A stretch of 64,000 nt of DNA from Nitrospinaceae bacterium. Its GTDB lineage: Bacteria > Nitrospinota > Nitrospinia > Nitrospinales > Nitrospinaceae. The notes beneath the pieces are model-generated. The model was given only the letters and a program-made list of their open reading frames with translations, searched no databases and was not told where the DNA came from. A program made the position numbers and the translations under genes. Position 1 is the stretch's first letter. Every line of letters starts with the position of its first letter. The stretch spans positions 2,784,001-2,848,000 of the forward strand of contig OZ245011.1 in the NCBI GenBank assembly GCA_965223665.1, written 5' to 3'. Of this stretch, positions 31,049 to 38,666 are shown piece after piece.

Positions 31049-32296
31049 CTAATAATATTTCGTGGTAGCTTCTTCCGGGTAGGATTCGATTTTATGAATG
31101 GACAAATCAGATCCCTGAAGTTCATCATCTTTATCCAATCGAATCCCGAAAGCTTTATCCATAGCATAGTAAACAACAAAACCTACCGCCAGGGCCATTA
31201 CTACAGCGGCCAAGGAGCCTACCAGTTGTGCTACAAAGCTGACTTCCCCTAAACCACCTAAGGATTTCTGGCCAAAGATACCGCAAGCAATACCACCCCA
31301 GGTGCCAGAAATACCATGTAACGGCCACACACCTAATACATCATCCAGTTTCAGCTTCTCTTGTTCCCAGGTAAATCCTTTGACAAATATTACCGAAGCT
31401 ATTCCACCTATCACTAACGCACCAATGGGATGTACTTGGTCAGATCCAGCACAAATAGCTACTAATCCAGCCAGGGCACCATTATGGATAAACCCCGGAT
31501 CATTACGTGAAATAATCAAGGCAACCAAAATTCCACCTACCATTGCAAACAGGGAATTCATCGCCACCAGTCCACTTATTCCAGAAAAGGTAGCGGCTGA
31601 CATTACGTTAAAACCAAACCAGCCAACACATAACATCCAACTCCCTAAGGCTAAAAAGGGAATATTACTTACAGGAATGGGACGGCTTCTACCCTCCTTA
31701 TCCCATCGACCCAAACGAGGGCCCAATACTATTACTCCGGTAAGTGCAATCCAACCTCCCATAGAATGAACCACCACCGAACCTGCGAAATCATGAAAGG
31801 GAACTCCACCTGTTAAATTCGCTAACCAAGATCCATCTTGACCTAAGAATGAAATTTGCCCCCAGACCATCCCCTCGAAAACGGAATATCCAATCACCAC
31901 AAAAATGGCACCCGAAATAGCTTGTGTCCAAAACTTAGCCCGCTCGGCAATACCACCTGAAATGATTGCAGGAATTGCCGCAGCAAAAGTCAATAAAAAG
32001 AAAAAATGAACAAGCTCATATCCCTGTTTATCCTGGACCAATAATTCAGCTGGCTGGTAAAAATTCACTCCATAGGCAACCGCATATCCAAGAAAAAAAT
32101 AAACAACTGTACAAATGGAAAAATCTACGATTATTTTGACTAATGCGTTCACTTGGTTTTTTCGCCGGACGGTTCCCACCTCTAAAAATGCAAAGCCTCC
32201 GTGCATGGCAAAAACCATCACGGCACCAAGCATCATAAATAAAACATCACCACTATTTTCTAGCGCCTTGACGCTTTCCAAGATTCCGTTTTCCAT
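31049..32296 (-). CDS. amt: ammonium transporter (Amt family)
   Basis: FAFLE.G.VR.KN, SGGIAER, DFAGS.VVH, GWFGFN, NGALAGLVAI, DDVLGVWPLHG (twin His); start ATG 32296. Confidence 0.93.
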   Translation of the reverse strand: MENGILESVKALENSGDVLFMMLGAVMVFAMHGGFAFLEVGTVRRKNQVNALVKIIVDFSICTVVYFFLGYAVAYGVNFYQPAELLVQDKQGYELVHFFFLLTFAAAIPAIISGGIAERAKFWTQAISGAIFVVIGYSVFEGMVWGQISFLGQDGSWLANLTGGVPFHDFAGSVVVHSMGGWIALTGVIVLGPRLGRWDKEGRSRPIPVSNIPFLALGSWMLCVGWFGFNVMSAATFSGISGLVAMNSLFAMVGGILVALIISRNDPGFIHNGALAGLVAICAGSDQVHPIGALVIGGIASVIFVKGFTWEQEKLKLDDVLGVWPLHGISGTWGGIACGIFGQKSLGGLGEVSFVAQLVGSLAAVVMALAVGFVVYYAMDKAFGIRLDKDDELQGSDLSIHKIESYPEEATTKYY

Positions 32297-32423
32297 AATT
32301 AACCCCTTATTTTGTTTCCCCTTTTTCCTCCATAAAAATAAGTCCAAGAGTATAATAGATTGATTATTGCGCACAAAGATATTTCTGTACGCGGATTCTT
32401 CCATTTTTTCTTAACCAGCGCCT

Positions 32424-34418
32424 ATGTTTCAGATAATTCAGGATTTAGCCCTTCTTCTGCTGGTTTCCCTGCCTATAAATATTTTATTCCACCGAATCAA
32501 ACTTCCTTCTGTAATGGGGTTTCTTATTGCCGGGATATTAATTGGACCCAATGGATTGCAATTAATTGGAGAACCCGAATCCGTAAATCAATTAGCTGAA
32601 ATTGGTGTCATCTTACTTCTATTTATAATTGGCTTAGAGTTTTCTTTAAGCCACTTAATTAAAAATCTGGGGAAAATTTTAGGTGCAGGAAGTTTTCAAC
32701 TCGGTCTGACGGCAACAGGATTTTATTTTTTGTTGAAACATTTTGGGCTGACAACCGAACAAAGTATAGTTTTGGGATTATTGATCGCTATTAGTAGTAC
32801 AGCAATAGTCCTCAAAATGGTTACTGATCGCGCCGAAATCGATACAATTCACGGTCGAATTTGCATCGGTATCCTACTATTTCAAGATTTATGTGTTGTG
32901 CCCATCATGCTCATCATTCCCTTATTAGGTCACAGCAGTGGTATGGGCATTGAGGATTTAACTATTGCTCTTTTAAAATCCTTCGCCGCCGTTGGAGCTA
33001 TATTTTTTCTTTCTCGATTACTCGTACCCCGAGCGTTGCAATTGATTGCTCAACTAGGGAGTAAAGAACACTTAACCCTCTTGGTCATTTTGATAATTTT
33101 GGGAACCGGCTGGGTTTCACAAAAAATGGGATTGAGTTTAGCTATGGGAGCTTTCATAGCAGGTATGATCATTTCGGAATCCGAATACAATCATCAAATC
33201 ATCCTCGATATCCTTCCACTCAAGGATTACTTCTCTAGCATATTTTTCATTTCCGTAGGGATGTTACTTCAGACGGATTATTTTTTAAATTCGTGGTCAA
33301 CTCATTTGGGTATGGCTATTACTGTCATTTTTATCAAAACGGTCTTAGCCTTCATTTCTGCACTTATTGTAAAAAATCCAGCAAGAATGTCTTTCGTTGT
33401 TGGATTGCGGTTAGCGCAAGTAGGAGAATTTTCCTTAATCCTTGCCAGTATGTCACTAAATCAAAACATACTGGATAATAGTCTTTATCAATCTTTCCTA
33501 ATTGTATCCATTCTATCAATGCTGGCAGCGCCTTTAATTATTCAAGGATCTGTAAAGTTATCCCTGTTGATTTATTCCACTCTTAGGTCTCCTGTTGAGT
33601 CTTCCCATTCAGCTACTTTAGAAAAATCTCTTTCTGGACATGTAATTATTATAGGTTATGGAGTGGTTGGAAGAAATCTAGCTAAAGTTTTAAAAGAAAT
33701 AAATATTCCCTATCTTATTATTGAACTAGATGGTGATTTGATCAAACAAGCTCTAACGGAAAAAGCTGAGATTATTTATGGAGACGCTACTCGGCGTGAA
33801 ACTCTTAATCGGGCAGGTATAAAGAAATCTAAATTATTGGCTGTTTCCATTCCCGATTTTCAAGCTACGGAACAAATTGTCCGACTGGCTCGGCAATTAA
33901 ACCCCGATGTATACATTTTGGCAAAAACTAGATTTGAATCACAAGTAGATTCTTTGCAAGACGCTGGGGCAAATCAAATCATTCCAGAGGAATTTGAAAC
34001 TTCTATCGAAATATTTTCGCGTGTCCTACGGGAATACCAGATTCCAAACAATGTCATTGAACAGCAAATTGAATTGGTACGTTTAGAGGGATATAGCATG
34101 TTTCGTGGATTCTCTCTCAATATTGAAAGCTTGAAAAAATTTTCCTCTTACTTGACAGCCTCCTTAAGTAAATCCTTCCAGGTTTTAGAAACTTCATGGT
34201 CGAACGGTAAAAGTTTAGGTGAATTACAATTGGACGAAAAAACAGGAGCAAAATTGATTGCCGTTGTTAGAGATGAACAAGTTCAGGCTAATCCTAATGA
34301 TCAGTTTGTTATAAAATTAAGAGATACCCTTATATTATTTGGTCGTCATGCTCAACTTGACAAAGCCCTTACCTATTTAGAAACAGGGCCACAACCACCA
34401 AAAAAAGATCCCAAATAA
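32424..34418 (+). CDS. CPA2/Kef-family cation:proton antiporter with TrkA-N and TrkA-C domains
   Basis: LLF.IGLEF, SSTAIV, LLFQD, FF.SVGM, QVGEFS, GYGVVG, YGDA. Confidence 0.9.
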   Translation: MFQIIQDLALLLLVSLPINILFHRIKLPSVMGFLIAGILIGPNGLQLIGEPESVNQLAEIGVILLLFIIGLEFSLSHLIKNLGKILGAGSFQLGLTATGFYFLLKHFGLTTEQSIVLGLLIAISSTAIVLKMVTDRAEIDTIHGRICIGILLFQDLCVVPIMLIIPLLGHSSGMGIEDLTIALLKSFAAVGAIFFLSRLLVPRALQLIAQLGSKEHLTLLVILIILGTGWVSQKMGLSLAMGAFIAGMIISESEYNHQIILDILPLKDYFSSIFFISVGMLLQTDYFLNSWSTHLGMAITVIFIKTVLAFISALIVKNPARMSFVVGLRLAQVGEFSLILASMSLNQNILDNSLYQSFLIVSILSMLAAPLIIQGSVKLSLLIYSTLRSPVESSHSATLEKSLSGHVIIIGYGVVGRNLAKVLKEINIPYLIIELDGDLIKQALTEKAEIIYGDATRRETLNRAGIKKSKLLAVSIPDFQATEQIVRLARQLNPDVYILAKTRFESQVDSLQDAGANQIIPEEFETSIEIFSRVLREYQIPNNVIEQQIELVRLEGYSMFRGFSLNIESLKKFSSYLTASLSKSFQVLETSWSNGKSLGELQLDEKTGAKLIAVVRDEQVQANPNDQFVIKLRDTLILFGRHAQLDKALTYLETGPQPPKKDPK

Positions 34419-34447
34419 GGTTTGTTTGGGGAGAAAGAGATTTTATT

Positions 34448-34912
34448 ATGAAGATATTCAATTCAAAAAATTTAAAATGTTATGGATTACTGATATTGAT
34501 TTTTTCTCTAACCACTTCATGTAGTGGCACTCGGCCCAATAATTTAGGGGTAACTTCAGGCAAACTTCAAGGATGCCCTGACTCTCCAAACTGCGTTTCC
34601 AGTTTTGCAAATGATGAAAAACACAAAATCACACCTTACTCTTTTAATATTTCTGCAGAAACTATATTTACCAAACTCAAAGATATATTAAATAAAGATA
34701 GAAAGGCAAAAATCATTACTGAGGAAACAAACTATATTTATGCCGAGTTTACAAGTAGTGTATTTCAGTTTGTAGATGACGTGGAATTTTTAATAGACCC
34801 TAAAGAAAATAAACTATACTTCAGGTCTGCTTCTAGAGTTGGTTACAGCGACTTGGGAGTGAACCGTGATCGGATTCAAGCTATCCGCACTCTTCTTGAA
34901 AAATCCTCATGA
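34448..34912 (+). CDS. DUF1499-family lipoprotein
   Basis: Lipobox TTSC; CPDSPNCVSS; FVDDVEF; RSASRVGYSDLGVNR.R. Confidence 0.85.
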   Translation: MKIFNSKNLKCYGLLILIFSLTTSCSGTRPNNLGVTSGKLQGCPDSPNCVSSFANDEKHKITPYSFNISAETIFTKLKDILNKDRKAKIITEETNYIYAEFTSSVFQFVDDVEFLIDPKENKLYFRSASRVGYSDLGVNRDRIQAIRTLLEKSS

Positions 34913-34944
34913 AAAAATTTATAAGGAAATAATTTATTAGTATT

Positions 34945-35811
34945 CTATTCAAATAATTCCTGAAAAAATGAAGGCCTATCTTTAGCACATCGGAAGCCCA
35001 GATCAATAGTACGGCGAAGTGGATTTAATTTTTCACGAAATGAGATGCGGGATTTAAGAGCAATTACTTTTCTATATTCTTTTTTTGGAAAATGACCCAC
35101 ACCTAAAAACGATAATCCTCTGACAACTATTTTTTTCTTATCGTATTCATCTGTTTTATAAGTATTCCCGGGATAAGGTTTATAATAATCCCAAACCCAT
35201 TCCCATACATTGCCAACCATGTCTTCTACTCCATAGGGGCTGGCTCCTCCAGGAAAACTACCCACTGGCATGAGACCTCGTCCCAGTTTAGGACCTGGTT
35301 TAGGACTCACATTGGCTTTCTTAACATCAAACTGGTTACCCCATGGATATTGCTGATCGTCCGGTCCACGAGCCGCTTTTTCCCATTCCATTTCAGAGGG
35401 CAACCGTTTTCCAGCCCATTCTGCATAGGCAGTGGCATCAAAAAAACTGACATTGGTAACGGGTAAATGATCCCAACCTTTTGGATATTTTGGCCCACCC
35501 CAAGTCGAGGGAGGTTTATGATCGGTGGCTTGACAAAAAATATAGTATTGCTGATTCGTGACTTCGTACTTATCAATATAAAAATCCGGAATGGAAATTC
35601 TCCTCTGAGGAGATTCATCAGCATACCATGGTTTATCTAATCCTAATTTAAGAGCATGACCTTCTTCATCCTCTAAATCTGTACCCATATTGAAATAACC
35701 TGAAGGAATCAGAACCATTCCGGGAGGTGGATCATCAAAGGAACAACCTAACATTTGAAACAAAATTATTAATACCAAAGCTTTTTTTATTATTAGCTTT
35801 ATGTACTGCAT
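34945..35811 (-). CDS. FGE-sulfatase (SUMF1) fold lipoprotein
   Basis: F.MG, YEVTN, PVTNVS..DA..YA.W..KRLPSE.EWEKAARG, DMVGNVWEW, GFRC; lipobox LGC; start uncertain (35811 or 35877). Confidence 0.85.
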   Translation of the reverse strand: MQYIKLIIKKALVLIILFQMLGCSFDDPPPGMVLIPSGYFNMGTDLEDEEGHALKLGLDKPWYADESPQRRISIPDFYIDKYEVTNQQYYIFCQATDHKPPSTWGGPKYPKGWDHLPVTNVSFFDATAYAEWAGKRLPSEMEWEKAARGPDDQQYPWGNQFDVKKANVSPKPGPKLGRGLMPVGSFPGGASPYGVEDMVGNVWEWVWDYYKPYPGNTYKTDEYDKKKIVVRGLSFLGVGHFPKKEYRKVIALKSRISFREKLNPLRRTIDLGFRCAKDRPSFFQELFE

Positions 35812-35893
35812 TCTGATAAAAATAAAAAAATCTCCTGATATAAACGAGTTTAGACTTTTGAGTTTACTATAGTTCACTTTGAATTAGTGGAAA

Positions 35894-36898
35894 TTGATGG
35901 ATGAATCCTTACAATCTTTAGCAATTTGGCCAGTTCAATTGGTTTCTCTAGATCAAATTGAACCAAACCCCCTAACCCAATTTTCTCTATCTCCGGTTTC
36001 CAAAAAATTAGAACAATCCATTTTGAATATTGGAATCACTCATCCCATCGTACTTTCTCCAATAGCAACAAATAAACAATATCGATTAATATGTGGGCAC
36101 CGTCGGATTGAAATTTTGCGAAACCTGCATTTACCAAGCTGTCCATCCCGAATATCACCTCAACCTATTGATGATTTATCCCAATTAGAACTCAACCTTG
36201 TCGAAAATCTAGACCACCGATGTTATAGCGATATTGAAAAAGGATTAATTTTAGTTAAGTGTTCAAGGGCTGGAGCCAATGAGGACCAACTCATTGATAA
36301 ATTCTTGCCCCTGGTTGGATTAGAGCGTAGTAAAAAAATAGCAAATGATTTTCTTAAGATTGATTTAATTCCCTCATCTTTTAGAAATTTATTACATGAG
36401 CTAAATTATCCACTACGGGCTTTTTCTACACTTTTCAAATGGAGTGAAAAAAGCCAGCAAACCATTGAATATCTCTTCTCCCTCCTTCGCCCAGGAGTTA
36501 ATAAAGGTCGGGAGCTTTTAGAAATGATAGATGAAATTTGCGTCCGTGATGATTCCACTCCAGATAAGTTTGTTATGAAAAGTGAAATCCAATCCTCACT
36601 AAAAGATATCAACCTAAAGGAACACGAAAAATATAATTCCATTCACAGCAAAATTAAACAATGGAGATATCCAACTCTTACCGATTTGCAACACCAGGTT
36701 TGGAAAGCAATCGATGAATTAAAACTGGACGATTCCGTTAAATTGCGATTTCCTGAAAACTTTGAAAGCAATCGATTAAAAATTGAAATTAAATTTTCTA
36801 CACCTCAAGAATTACTCAAATATGCTGAACAACTTTTCCGGGCCTCTGATTCTAAAGCATTAGAAAATCTCATTAAAATATTTAAAAATTTGAAATAG
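35894..36898 (+). CDS. ParB N-terminal (ParB/Srx) domain protein
   Basis: SI..IGI..PI, LICGHRR, LVENL; no adjacent parA. Confidence 0.75.
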   Translation: MMDESLQSLAIWPVQLVSLDQIEPNPLTQFSLSPVSKKLEQSILNIGITHPIVLSPIATNKQYRLICGHRRIEILRNLHLPSCPSRISPQPIDDLSQLELNLVENLDHRCYSDIEKGLILVKCSRAGANEDQLIDKFLPLVGLERSKKIANDFLKIDLIPSSFRNLLHELNYPLRAFSTLFKWSEKSQQTIEYLFSLLRPGVNKGRELLEMIDEICVRDDSTPDKFVMKSEIQSSLKDINLKEHEKYNSIHSKIKQWRYPTLTDLQHQVWKAIDELKLDDSVKLRFPENFESNRLKIEIKFSTPQELLKYAEQLFRASDSKALENLIKIFKNLK

Positions 36899-37002
36899 AA
36901 TTTGTTGCCAAATTGACCTCAATTTGCGCTATTCTTAAATTATAGATATCAATTGGACTTACTAGAATCCTACTATTTGAAATTGAATTTTGGGAAGTAT
37001 CC

Positions 37003-38637
37003 ATGACCACGATGAATAAACATCGCCTACCATTTGCAATTCAAGATTTGATTCGGAGTCTTGAATCCGAAAGTGATTTAAATCCAAGAAAAGCAAGACA
37101 ATTATTAATTAAAGCCGAATTAAAAGAAGAAGATTTAATGCACTGGGCAGATTTTGAACATCCAGTCCAGGACAGTTATGGCCGAAAGATGGTATACGAT
37201 GGCGGCTTTTTTGAAATGATGGTCATGTCCTGGTCTCCTGGAGACTGTTCAGCAATTCATGATCATGGTTACACTCAATGGGGTGCCGTACAAGTTTTTG
37301 GTCCTGCAGAACATTCTACCTATTTAGTACAAGATGGTGAGATCAAAACTCTTTCACGGGTAGAAGTAATACCCGGTGAAGTTTTAGCTGTGGGAAATCA
37401 GTTGGTGCATCAAATGGGAAACCCATCTAATACAAATTTTCTTACCTTCCATTTATATGGGTGTGAGGGTCGACAAGGAGGAATTACCTCAGACGCTCGT
37501 CTATATGATTTGGAAGAAAATCAAATTCAAAGAACAGATGGGGGTGTATTTTTTGGATTGCCAGAAAATCAAATTAAAATTCGAGAACCGGGACCACTTC
37601 CTGATTATTTAAGTTGGCTACGCAATACTATAGAACTCAAAAAACGTATTGATCGCATTCGAAGAAGTGCTCCATTAAGGCCCGATTTAGAGGAAAGGGA
37701 TAAAGCAATCATAGAAAAACTTAATGATTCCAATCAATGGGAACGCTTTGAATCCGATTTATTTCCTCATGTCGATCCAAATACTGGGCACATGCGGGAT
37801 CTTGGATACTGGAAACTCTTGCGTTTAGAATTGATTGCAGCAGCAAAAGTTGAAAAATCTTTTGTATTCTCCGGCGACGAAGGAGATCCTTTCTTTACTT
37901 ATGCAGAATTGTATGATGATGTTATTGGTCAACCCTGTTTAGATGAATTTATCGCGGGATATCTTAATTTTGTTGTAGACCAATATAAATTGGATATTAA
38001 AAAATCCAAATTTTTATCCATAGGATGTGGAACAGGATTAATTGAAAAATATTTAGTCGATCAGATGGGTTTACAGAGTGACAGACTTCTTGGTATTGAT
38101 AAATCAGAAGCCATGGTTCAGGTAGCTATGCGCCGTATCCCTGCCAAAACAGGAGATGTTCTTTCTCTAACTGGACAATCTTGGGACCTCACCTTCTGTG
38201 GTCTCAATGTGTTTCAATATCTCACACCTGATCAATTAGAAAATGCCATTCAGGTAACCGCACAAATAACAAATTCTGGAGGCCTGTTTTTTGGTGATTT
38301 TATAACTCCAGATCATATTAGAATTTATCCACACGTAATAAAATCCAAAAGTGGGAACATTATTTCATTGCGAAATCCTGTTTTAATCGAACAGGAAAAT
38401 TTTACCTTTCAACAAAGCGAAATATTAAATGTAAGCCGGGCAAATGATAAAATCCTCATTACCAACGAAGGAAAACATTTGCGATTTTTACCTCCAATGT
38501 GGCGACTTCGTCAAAAATTTGAGCACGCTTTTAAAGGTCGGGTTGACTTGTATGATGCTGTGACTTTAAAACCTATCGGCGATCAAGCGGATACTTGCCC
38601 CTCCACGCGTTACTTATTAGTTGCCCAGAAAAATTAA
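37003..38637 (+). CDS. cysteine dioxygenase-like cupin fused to a class I SAM-dependent methyltransferase
   Basis: N-terminal YGRK, W.PG..S.IHDHG, VHQMGN, TFHLY; C-terminal YAELYD, IGCGTG, GIDKSEAM, GGLFFGD. Confidence 0.8.
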   Translation: MTTMNKHRLPFAIQDLIRSLESESDLNPRKARQLLIKAELKEEDLMHWADFEHPVQDSYGRKMVYDGGFFEMMVMSWSPGDCSAIHDHGYTQWGAVQVFGPAEHSTYLVQDGEIKTLSRVEVIPGEVLAVGNQLVHQMGNPSNTNFLTFHLYGCEGRQGGITSDARLYDLEENQIQRTDGGVFFGLPENQIKIREPGPLPDYLSWLRNTIELKKRIDRIRRSAPLRPDLEERDKAIIEKLNDSNQWERFESDLFPHVDPNTGHMRDLGYWKLLRLELIAAAKVEKSFVFSGDEGDPFFTYAELYDDVIGQPCLDEFIAGYLNFVVDQYKLDIKKSKFLSIGCGTGLIEKYLVDQMGLQSDRLLGIDKSEAMVQVAMRRIPAKTGDVLSLTGQSWDLTFCGLNVFQYLTPDQLENAIQVTAQITNSGGLFFGDFITPDHIRIYPHVIKSKSGNIISLRNPVLIEQENFTFQQSEILNVSRANDKILITNEGKHLRFLPPMWRLRQKFEHAFKGRVDLYDAVTLKPIGDQADTCPSTRYLLVAQKN

Positions 38638-38666
38638 CTAAATTCTCATTCCAATTATTAATAATA

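Noticed and set aside
31302-31769. Antisense ORFs such as 31302-31769, 56309-56743, 59308-59649, 63391-63810 and 30164-30502
   Set aside because: Shadows of well-supported genes on the opposite strand, with no recognisable motifs
34945-38637. Ergothioneine/ovothiol (EgtB/OvoA) pathway from the FGE-fold and methyltransferase genes
   Set aside because: The FGE protein is a predicted lipoprotein with no DinB iron-binding domain and is on the opposite strand; the methyltransferase does not look like EgtD
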